IMG/VR virus record: IMGVR_UViG_3300023184_000027 | Span: 62,001 to 126,000 of that record | DNA: 64,000 nucleotides | Strand: one strand, 5' to 3' | Shown: piece after piece, positions 25,930 to 33,629 of the stretch | How positions within the stretch are numbered: position 1 is the stretch's first letter | How the letters are laid out: each line of letters opens with the position of its first letter | Translations under genes and position numbers: made by a program | Notes under the pieces: generated by a model | The model's input: only the letters and a program-made list of their open reading frames with translations | The model's database searches: none | Told to the model about the DNA's origin: nothing

Positions 25930-26445
25930 TTAATTCACTTCTTCAACCTCTTCTTGAATGGCGTCTCCTCCGTCTCTCCTATCTTGAGCTTCCAACACAT
26001 TGTCTAAATTCCAACCATCATAAGCGGTTAATTTTACACAACCACCTTCCATCCAATAGTATTCCGACATCCATTCATCCCATTTGGAATCAACCAACTT
26101 AATGAAGTTTTCGTCATTACCTCTATCTCGGTATCGTTTGATGAACTCCTCTTTTCTATCACTATCCGGATAAACCAAATAGAAGAAAATACAATTATCC
26201 AATAAAGCATCCCTAACTTCTTTATGTGAAGACACAAAGATGTATTTGTATTTACCAATATTATCTTTGATATGGGTAATGTAGTTCTGTGGAAACTCTG
26301 GATTTCTAACCTTTTCACCACCCTCATTTACAATCCAGCTAAAACCACTTGAATCGGAATCCAAAGTGATGTTAGGGTTGTTTATATGATAAGTTGTTTT
26401 TCCCACTCCGGGAAATGCGGATACTATTTTAGTTCTCAACTTCAA
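25930..26445 (-). CDS. P-loop NTPase/kinase-like protein
   Basis: IVSAFPGVGKTT Walker A. Confidence 0.7.
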   Translation of the reverse strand: MKLRTKIVSAFPGVGKTTYHINNPNITLDSDSSGFSWIVNEGGEKVRNPEFPQNYITHIKDNIGKYKYIFVSSHKEVRDALLDNCIFFYLVYPDSDRKEEFIKRYRDRGNDENFIKLVDSKWDEWMSEYYWMEGGCVKLTAYDGWNLDNVLEAQDRRDGGDAIQEEVEEVN

Positions 26446-26692
26446 CTTCAGGTGTTACTACTTCAGCATCAACGATGTTAATATCATTCACATCACTTAC
26501 AACCTCGGCGTTTATATCCATTGTTTCACCATTCTCATTTTGGTATTGAGCTTTCATTGTTTCCATTTGTTTCTCAAACATTTCGGTATATTCCGATTGA
26601 GCTTTCTTTCTTAATCCTCTAAGAGAGTTATTTCTTGTTGTAACTCTTGTTTTGTGAGCTTTTGCTCCACCTCGTAATTTTGACTTTGGCAT
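26429..26692 (-). CDS. Hypothetical protein (basic N-terminus, acidic C-terminus)
   Basis: 87-aa ORF. Confidence 0.7.
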   Translation of the reverse strand: MPKSKLRGGAKAHKTRVTTRNNSLRGLRKKAQSEYTEMFEKQMETMKAQYQNENGETMDINAEVVSDVNDINIVDAEVVTPEVEVEN

Positions 26693-26704
26693 GATTGTTT
26701 TTAT

Positions 26705-27211
26705 TTAATTGTTATTTATTTCTTTTTCTATTTCTTCTAAAGTTATTTCCGGTTCATTCTCAACTTGTTCTCTAATTTTGTTAGTTAATCTATCAATAAT
26801 ATCTTGACCTAAATTTCTATCTCTATCTGAGGTTGCGATAGGTGTTGCATCTTCATCATCCTCCTCATCTCTATAATAATCCAACCAATCCGGTCTCTCT
26901 TGAATTTTAATACTATCTACTTTCTCAATCATTTTTTGAACTTCTGTTTTACTACCTTGTAACATTTTAGATAATTTAACCTTTCTCTCAATTGATTTGA
27001 ATCGTGAGTAATAGTCCCCACTGATGTCATCAAAATTTATATCAATCTCATTTTGGTCTAAATATTCAACAATACTCATAACCTCAACACATTCATCACT
27101 GAGACCCATATCAATTATTAATTGAAAAAAATCCACACATTTGATTACTTTTCTAGTTTGAGTTTTTTCTTTCAAATACTTAATTACAAAATCACCTAAT
27201 TTACTTTCCAT
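26705..27211 (-). CDS. Hypothetical protein
   Basis: 168-aa ORF. Confidence 0.7.
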   Translation of the reverse strand: MESKLGDFVIKYLKEKTQTRKVIKCVDFFQLIIDMGLSDECVEVMSIVEYLDQNEIDINFDDISGDYYSRFKSIERKVKLSKMLQGSKTEVQKMIEKVDSIKIQERPDWLDYYRDEEDDEDATPIATSDRDRNLGQDIIDRLTNKIREQVENEPEITLEEIEKEINNN

Positions 27212-27214
27212 ATT

Positions 27215-27397
27215 TTATTTTTTAAATTCTCGTTTAAGGGGTTCTTTTTTAAATGTATAACCAACAACGTCTAAATATTTTATTAGTTCAATATTACCCT
27301 GTATAGAATTTTCTATTCCGGTAATTCTAACCATTGCAATTTTAAACCCCAATTTATTTGCCGCCCAAATTATTAATTTAATTTTTAATTTTTCCAT
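27215..27397 (-). CDS. Hypothetical protein
   Basis: 60-aa ORF packed between neighbours. Confidence 0.6.
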   Translation of the reverse strand: MEKLKIKLIIWAANKLGFKIAMVRITGIENSIQGNIELIKYLDVVGYTFKKEPLKREFKK

Positions 27398-27400
27398 ATT

Positions 27401-27748
27401 TTAATTTTTTACCGGTCTGTTCTCCTCAAACCATTCCACAATAGAGTTTATTATCCACACAGCACCTGATGATAATATTCCATCAAAGAACCAAGATATA
27501 TTTTCGGAAATACCGAATAACTGGTGTATTGGAGAATATAATAAAAAACTCAATAGGAATCCACCCCAAGTACTAAAACACATTGGACAGGTTAATATAC
27601 CCGATATAAAATGAGCAATCCCGTTAAGAGGTGCGTATTGGTTATTTCCCCATTTTTTAAAGAAATCTCTCAATCCCTGAAAGATTGACCCGTATACCAT
27701 AATGTTCATAAGCCCGTAGCTTAAAATGAACCAAACTAATATTTCCAT
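27401..27748 (-). CDS. Membrane protein with CPMCFSTW motif (DUF1360-like)
   Basis: Hydrophobic helices and an L-x-CPxC-x-x-x-W motif. Confidence 0.65.
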   Translation of the reverse strand: MEILVWFILSYGLMNIMVYGSIFQGLRDFFKKWGNNQYAPLNGIAHFISGILTCPMCFSTWGGFLLSFLLYSPIHQLFGISENISWFFDGILSSGAVWIINSIVEWFEENRPVKN

Positions 27749-27749
27749 A

Positions 27750-28430
27750 TTATAAATTTTCTGTTAAGTTAGAACCTTTCATATAAACCGCTCCACGCTC
27801 CATATTACTTGATTCCAATTGTTTATTTATTTTTTCAAGCTCTTCTATTCTTGTGTTCTTTAAAGATAGTTCTTTTCTTAATTTCTGTAAAGTTTCTTGG
27901 ATAAGTTTTAATTTATCATTTCCGGAATCAACCTCAACTATAACTTCTTTAATAACCTCTACCACCTTCTCCACCTCAACTACTCTATCCACCGGAACTT
28001 CCTTAATCACCTCTACTATCTTCTCAATAATAATTGGTTCAGGTTCGTCCCTTTTTTCCTCTATAATTGGGACGGGAACTTCTACTTTTACCTCCCTAAT
28101 GACTTCTCTGTCAACATATTTGATAACTTCTATTTCCGTGGGTGGGCTCGGAACTTCTTTAATGATTTCTACTTCCTTAATGACCTCAACCTCTTTGATA
28201 ACTTCAACAGGAACTTCTACCCGTATTTCACGGATTACCTCAATTTCTACCTGTTTTTCCTCAACAATACTCGTTTTTCCCAAATCATCACCTAACAACC
28301 CATATTTAGTCGTGTTAAATCCGCCAGTAAAACATTTTACAATGAATTTATCAATGTCCTCAATATCGTTTAATTTACAATACTCATTAACACTATTTAA
28401 TTGACTATTCGTTAACTCTATTCGATTCAC
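27750..28430 (-). CDS. Protein with EVIKEV-type low-complexity repeats and a C-terminal coiled coil
   Basis: Translation; GTG start. Confidence 0.7.
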   Translation of the reverse strand: MNRIELTNSQLNSVNEYCKLNDIEDIDKFIVKCFTGGFNTTKYGLLGDDLGKTSIVEEKQVEIEVIREIRVEVPVEVIKEVEVIKEVEIIKEVPSPPTEIEVIKYVDREVIREVKVEVPVPIIEEKRDEPEPIIIEKIVEVIKEVPVDRVVEVEKVVEVIKEVIVEVDSGNDKLKLIQETLQKLRKELSLKNTRIEELEKINKQLESSNMERGAVYMKGSNLTENL

Positions 28431-28495
28431 GCTCTTTGTCTTCTTGTTCTATTTTTTTAAGTAATTCTTCCCACTCCTCATCGGAGTATTTATGT

Positions 28496-29284
28496 CTAAG
28501 ATTTTCCACCGTTAACTAATTTTTCTGTTCCGTTTATTATATCGTCAAATGATTTCATCTTAAATGATAAGAAAGGTTTTGGATTATCCAAATCAATAAA
28601 TGAGTAATCATCTGTCTCAACATTGTATATACCAAATCCGTGTTTGGTTATTGTCTCCCCATAGTTCTGTTGGATTGTGGAACCCACCATATACGCCTTC
28701 TTACCACCAGGTATATTAAAGATTTGTCTTTTGTGAATATCCCCACATAATACCAAATCGCATCCGTTAAACTTATCTGTTTCAAATCCGGTTTCAAACT
28801 TATACCCTATGTCGGTTGTTAATCCCTGAACTGGTCCGTGAAACAACCCAATCTTTAATCTACCCGTTTTTTCAATCTCAGGAGGAATGTTGTGGTCAAG
28901 TAATGAATACACCACCCAATCAATATTATCGTCCTCGTATTCCCCCCTATTCTTCAAATAAACGATGTTGTCGTTCTTTAATGAATCAATCACCGGTGTA
29001 AGAGCATCCAACCTTGAGGAATTACTCTCCAAGAAGTCGTGATTTCCAATTATAACTACGGTTTTAGCAATCTTGGAACACTCTGTAAGAATCCAAGCAA
29101 CAAACTCAATAAGTTCAGGTGTCATTTGGTTTTTAGAATGAACTAAATCTCCGGTGAAGACAATTCTATCCGGAGTAATTTCTTTAAATTGTTCCAACAT
29201 ATTATTCAAGATTCCACGATATAAGTCGTGGTCTTTAAATAATCGTATGTGTAAGTCACTAAAGTGAACTAATTTTTTTATCAT
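28496..29284 (-). CDS. sbcD: SbcD/Mre11 (gp47-like) metallophosphoesterase, C-terminally short
   Basis: HFSDLHI, VFTGDLVH, IGNHD, FHGPV and LCGDIHK motifs. Confidence 0.9.
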   Translation of the reverse strand: MIKKLVHFSDLHIRLFKDHDLYRGILNNMLEQFKEITPDRIVFTGDLVHSKNQMTPELIEFVAWILTECSKIAKTVVIIGNHDFLESNSSRLDALTPVIDSLKNDNIVYLKNRGEYEDDNIDWVVYSLLDHNIPPEIEKTGRLKIGLFHGPVQGLTTDIGYKFETGFETDKFNGCDLVLCGDIHKRQIFNIPGGKKAYMVGSTIQQNYGETITKHGFGIYNVETDDYSFIDLDNPKPFLSFKMKSFDDIINGTEKLVNGGKS

Positions 29285-29285
29285 A

Positions 29286-29471
29286 TTATTTATCAATTTT
29301 CCAATTTAATAATACCCACACTAAAATTAAAGTAGATATTCCTACCCACCATACCCATTCATTATGGAATTTAACCCCATTAATTAACATAATAGAGTAC
29401 GATATTGTTGGTATCCACCACAATGATGCGGTACAAGGGGTACAAACACCTTCTTTTTTAATTAATTTCAT
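29286..29471 (-). CDS. Small membrane protein
   Basis: Two Trp-rich hydrophobic helices. Confidence 0.6.
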   Translation of the reverse strand: MKLIKKEGVCTPCTASLWWIPTISYSIMLINGVKFHNEWVWWVGISTLILVWVLLNWKIDK

Positions 29472-29686
29472 TATTTATCAAACAATTTGAAATCCTCGTT
29501 TACGTGACCACAGTCATCACAACGATAGGTGGGGAATGGAACAATCGTATCTTCCTGACTTCCTGTTAATAATTTGTTTACTTTTTTTATCATAACAACT
29601 TCTTTGAAGTAGATGCTCCCACATTCTTCACACTCAAGTGTTGGTTGTTTTTTTAAATCAATTTTTGGTTGCAATAAATCGTCCAT
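29471..29686 (-). CDS. Small zinc-ribbon protein
   Basis: CEECG...CDDCGH. Confidence 0.75.
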   Translation of the reverse strand: MDDLLQPKIDLKKQPTLECEECGSIYFKEVVMIKKVNKLLTGSQEDTIVPFPTYRCDDCGHVNEDFKLFDK

Positions 29687-29714
29687 ATACTTTTTTTATA
29701 AATTTAGTTGTTAA

Positions 29715-30581
29715 TTACTTACTAGTCAAATATTTTTTCATATCCATATCCAAGATAGTTTCCTGAACACCTTTTGGGACACGAAATTCTTCATACCCAC
29801 CATTTTCTTTAACAAGAACAATCACACACCCATACAATTTGATATTTTCGTATTTTGTCCCCTTTAACATTTTGATAAGAAGTTTCCCGTAAAAAGGTAA
29901 TTGTGTAAAGTAATGTCCCAACGCGTTGTTTGGCAATTTATCAAATGGTTCATACATTCTTTTAGTGAAAAATGACTCCTCAAAATTCTTTGGTTTATTA
30001 CTTTTCCAATCTGTTATCACCAAACCAAACTCAGTTTGTTCTTTATTCATTATCAACCACACTTTATCCGGTTGACCAGTATATTTTAATTCAGGGTCAC
30101 CCAATACAATCTCCGTATCCAATAACACAGCACCTCTCTCAACCATAAGGTCTAAATAAGCGGTTCCCGCAGATATCATACTGTCACCCTTTAATACTTG
30201 GGTAAAATCACATTCAAAGATTGGTTGTCTCACCTCTTTGTAATCACCAAACATCTCTATGGTTTTTTTCTCCAACATATAATGGACTCTACTACCCATA
30301 TTGGTTGAGTAATCACCTGCCGCTTTCCATTCATCTAATAATTGTTGTTGAACTTCAGGGTCTCCCTTGGCTTTCTTTAATGAGATACCTTCAGTATCAA
30401 ACTCTTCGTAAAAGTATTTCATTACCTTACTAACGGAGGGATAATCATTTCTAACAACACCCGTCTCATCTTTCATATAATAAGTGTGGGTGTCTTCAAC
30501 AAAGGTTAAATCAAGTTCCTCTCTTCGTTTATCCAATAATCCTCTAATCTCTTTAGCAACCTCGTTTAAATCTATTTTCAT
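29715..30581 (-). CDS. PD-(D/E)XK superfamily exonuclease
   Basis: YPSVS, GSRVHYMLE, TEIVL, GQPD, ITDWKSNK, HYFTQLPFY. Start MKIDLNE at 30581 preferred. Confidence 0.85.
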   Translation of the reverse strand: MKIDLNEVAKEIRGLLDKRREELDLTFVEDTHTYYMKDETGVVRNDYPSVSKVMKYFYEEFDTEGISLKKAKGDPEVQQQLLDEWKAAGDYSTNMGSRVHYMLEKKTIEMFGDYKEVRQPIFECDFTQVLKGDSMISAGTAYLDLMVERGAVLLDTEIVLGDPELKYTGQPDKVWLIMNKEQTEFGLVITDWKSNKPKNFEESFFTKRMYEPFDKLPNNALGHYFTQLPFYGKLLIKMLKGTKYENIKLYGCVIVLVKENGGYEEFRVPKGVQETILDMDMKKYLTSK

Positions 30582-30582
30582 A

Positions 30583-30750
30583 TTATTTTTCAAATTTTGT
30601 TTTAAGATATTCAATTAGATATTTCGCATAACTAGTTAAATATTCATTACCCTCAAAGGTGAATACTGTAATGTTGTTTTGAATGGCGTTTTGGTACTCG
30701 TTTTTTAAATTTCTGAAGGTTGTCAAATCAAATGAAACTGTGTTGGACAT
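30583..30750 (-). CDS. Small phage protein (55 aa, not in the ORF track)
   Basis: MSNTVSFDLTTFRNLKNEYQNAIQNNITVFTFEGNEYLTSYAKYLIEYLKTKFEK fills the gap exactly; the FxFxGxExLxxYAKYLIEYL motif recurs in large phages. Confidence 0.7.
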   Translation of the reverse strand: MSNTVSFDLTTFRNLKNEYQNAIQNNITVFTFEGNEYLTSYAKYLIEYLKTKFEK

Positions 30751-30811
30751 AACTTATTGTTTTAATGTTGGGACAAAGTAATAACATTTATTTCATATAA
30801 CCAAATAAAAT

Positions 30812-31711
30812 CTACTTTATTTCGTAATAATATTCATCAATATTACCTCTTAAATCCGCAACATCCTTATCATCAGTTAGTTTAATGATTTTTATTTTAC
30901 CATATAATCTACCCCCATTTAACTGGTGGTATAATTTAACCGCATCTTTCCAAGCATCCGCATCAAGACAAATGGTTATATCATTAATCGCTTTCTCATA
31001 TAATGTTTCAAACAATAATTCGGACATATGTTTTCCTAACATAGGAATACTATTGGGTAAGAATAACCCATCAAACACTCCCTCAACAATAAAAATGGGT
31101 CTAAACCAATCAATTAAATTTTCATTAAATATGATTTCATCTTTTGGTGTTTCAGGGTTTTTATATTTGGCTCGACTATTTGGGTCCCAACTTCTGGCAA
31201 TAAAATAATTTAAATAACCTTTTTCATTATATGAAGGTACGATAACTCTACCACCGAAACTACCCTTATCACAAAAACCAATACCATACTTTTCAATAAT
31301 ATCGTCACCAATACCACGAATTTTAAGATAATTGTACGCCTGATTCCTAATTGGATATCTTGGACTACTATCTTTGAATAAAGTAAATCCTTCGGGTAAG
31401 GTTAATCTTTTCTTTTTTTCTTCTCTTGGTTTGTACTCTTCGGGTTGGAGAACATTATAAATTTTCTTTTGTTTTTTATTACCGTATAAGTCAATTAATT
31501 TACCTAAAGGACCTTTGGTATTATCCACATCTCCGCAAGACCAGCACTTATAAACATGCTGAAAATAATTCACCTCCAAATTACCTTTATGTTGTCCTTC
31601 ATCACAATTAACACAATCAAACGATATTTGACCTTTATGTCCATAGTGTTGTTTCTCGTCCCCAAGTATTTCTCGTAATAATTCTATTAATATTTCCGCA
31701 TCGTCTGACAT
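30812..31711 (-). CDS. DNA primase (Zn finger plus TOPRIM)
   Basis: CVNC...CWSC, IFIVEGVFD, ICLDADA, DVAD. Start MSDDAE at 31711 preferred. Confidence 0.9.
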   Translation of the reverse strand: MSDDAEILIELLREILGDEKQHYGHKGQISFDCVNCDEGQHKGNLEVNYFQHVYKCWSCGDVDNTKGPLGKLIDLYGNKKQKKIYNVLQPEEYKPREEKKKRLTLPEGFTLFKDSSPRYPIRNQAYNYLKIRGIGDDIIEKYGIGFCDKGSFGGRVIVPSYNEKGYLNYFIARSWDPNSRAKYKNPETPKDEIIFNENLIDWFRPIFIVEGVFDGLFLPNSIPMLGKHMSELLFETLYEKAINDITICLDADAWKDAVKLYHQLNGGRLYGKIKIIKLTDDKDVADLRGNIDEYYYEIK

Positions 31712-31716
31712 AAAGA

Positions 31717-31748
31717 CAAAGATAATAATAAATTTTATAATATCCAAA
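31717..31748 (-). promoter_or_regulatory. Bacteroidetes-type promoter TTTG-N20-TATCTTTG
   Basis: TTTG at 31748-31745 and TATCTTTG at 31724-31717; primase ATG 5 nt downstream. Confidence 0.8.
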
Positions 31749-31798
31749 CTACAAAAGTTTTATAAACCCTTTATATTTATAAAATATATTATAAAAAG

Positions 31799-32014
31799 AT
31801 GCCAACACAAATAACGATTAACAATATCACCGGTGCTTCACCATTTAATATCTATATATGTGATAATCCAATCACGATATGCGTATATGAAGAAACCATA
31901 ACGTCATTCCCATATTTGTTTAATGTTCCATCTATAATATCAGAACAATCATCTGTCAATTTAAAAGTTATTGATAATAATGGTTGTGAATCAATTTTAA
32001 ATTTAAATCTATAA
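31799..32014 (+). CDS. Small Cys-containing virion-associated protein, paralogue of 3161..3466
   Basis: Aligns by eye with 3161..3466; TATTTAT upstream. Confidence 0.75.
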   Translation: MPTQITINNITGASPFNIYICDNPITICVYEETITSFPYLFNVPSIISEQSSVNLKVIDNNGCESILNLNL

Positions 32015-33562
32015 ATGGCGTGTTTAGAATCATATTGTTTAAGTAATACTGGTAACATCACATATGATGATAACTATACCAGTGGTGGAACACATAACTC
32101 AAATCTTTATTGGACAGGTCAATCAAATGGGTTATTTATTTATTATTCAACAGGAGATACTCAATGGTGTTTATCTCTAACATTAGATGGTACTTGTCTA
32201 TTATCCGGAAAATCACCTTGTGTTAGCGAATGTCCTGACTTATGCAACACATATTTCTCATCAGGAATGTGTTTAACACCAACTCCAACGCCAACAATTA
32301 ATTGTGATGTGTTAGATTTTATAGCCGTATTAGAATGTGATGCAATCCCATCACCGTCACCAACTTCAACCGTCACACCAACCGTCACACCAACCGTCAC
32401 ACCATCTTTAAACTTATGTTTAACAAATAATATTGATGCGACAATTGAGGGTATATCCCCAACACCAACACCAACACAAACCTCCACACCAACATCCTCA
32501 TCTATAATTGAGAGGAATTGTAGTTTTGCTGCTCCAATAACTTATAACATCATTGATGATAATATCATATGTCCTCAAAGTTATCAATTTCAAGATTGTT
32601 ACAATGGTCAGATGTATTCAACATCAAACCTTACAAACTCAATTGGTGATATATCTTTAGAAAAATTCCAGGTTTATTTATCCATGATAGATGGTTTAAG
32701 TAAATGCGTTTCATATTACGATAAGAGCGAAACAACTTTAGGTGGTTATAACATTGATTTAATTGATGGTCCTTTTGGGTTTAGTAATCAGGGTGATTGT
32801 GTTCATTGTGAACAGGTTGCAACACCTACTCCAACACCAACTAAAACTCAAACCCCAACACCTACAATAACCCCTACAATGACTCGTACACCAACTCAAA
32901 CACCAACAATAACCCCAACGACGACGACTACTCAAACTCCAACAAACACACCAACAAATACTCAAACTCCAACACCAACACCGACACCAACACTAACACT
33001 AACACCAACAATTACTCAAACACCAAATGCGTCCCCATCACCCACACCAACTCAAACTTCCACATTAACACCAACACCAACAAAATTACCGATTACTGGA
33101 TTGTCATGGATAACAACAAAAAACACTACAGGAATCTCAGGTTGTGAAAGTGCAGGATGGGTAATTAGTAACCTAAATCAAAGTATAAGATTTAATGTTG
33201 CACCATCAGCCAATTGTTCAGGCGGAACTTGCGGTATTCAACAAGACGCCACAGCAACAGCAACAATAACTGTGGGGGCAACTAACACAAATTTAAATCT
33301 CAGTTTTATTGGAATAGGTGAAAAACAAGATGCCAATTACGACAGAATCACATTCTATCTTGATGGTGTTGAGTTGGCGAATGGTCACGCCCCTGGAGGT
33401 GGTTTACAATGTAATGACGGTCCAATTATATCAACAGTACTTGTACCTAACCCACATTTATTACTTGCAAATACAACACATACATTGTTAATTGATTTTA
33501 CAACTGTAGATGCATACTACCATGTCAACTCATATTATCAGGCAGATTTAAGTTTCACATAA
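32015..33562 (+). CDS. Cys-rich fibre/adhesin-like protein with Pro/Thr linkers and a C-terminal beta-sandwich
   Basis: Multiple PTxT tracts separating Cys-rich modules. Confidence 0.75.
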   Translation: MACLESYCLSNTGNITYDDNYTSGGTHNSNLYWTGQSNGLFIYYSTGDTQWCLSLTLDGTCLLSGKSPCVSECPDLCNTYFSSGMCLTPTPTPTINCDVLDFIAVLECDAIPSPSPTSTVTPTVTPTVTPSLNLCLTNNIDATIEGISPTPTPTQTSTPTSSSIIERNCSFAAPITYNIIDDNIICPQSYQFQDCYNGQMYSTSNLTNSIGDISLEKFQVYLSMIDGLSKCVSYYDKSETTLGGYNIDLIDGPFGFSNQGDCVHCEQVATPTPTPTKTQTPTPTITPTMTRTPTQTPTITPTTTTTQTPTNTPTNTQTPTPTPTPTLTLTPTITQTPNASPSPTPTQTSTLTPTPTKLPITGLSWITTKNTTGISGCESAGWVISNLNQSIRFNVAPSANCSGGTCGIQQDATATATITVGATNTNLNLSFIGIGEKQDANYDRITFYLDGVELANGHAPGGGLQCNDGPIISTVLVPNPHLLLANTTHTLLIDFTTVDAYYHVNSYYQADLSFT

Positions 33563-33629
33563 TAACAAATTTAAGTCGTCAATTTTAGATTAAAATTAAA
33601 TAAATTAAGAATTACAATATTTATAATAC

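Noticed and set aside
27853-28404. 183-aa plus-strand Ser/Thr/Ile-rich ORF
   Set aside because: Antisense shadow of the EVIKEV repeats.
14113-28498. Stop-codon reassignment (TAG or TGA) as in some large phages
   Set aside because: Conserved genes are full length in the standard code. TAG and TGA act as real stops (14113, 20091, 28496, 62186), and reading through the sbcD TAG adds only two residues.
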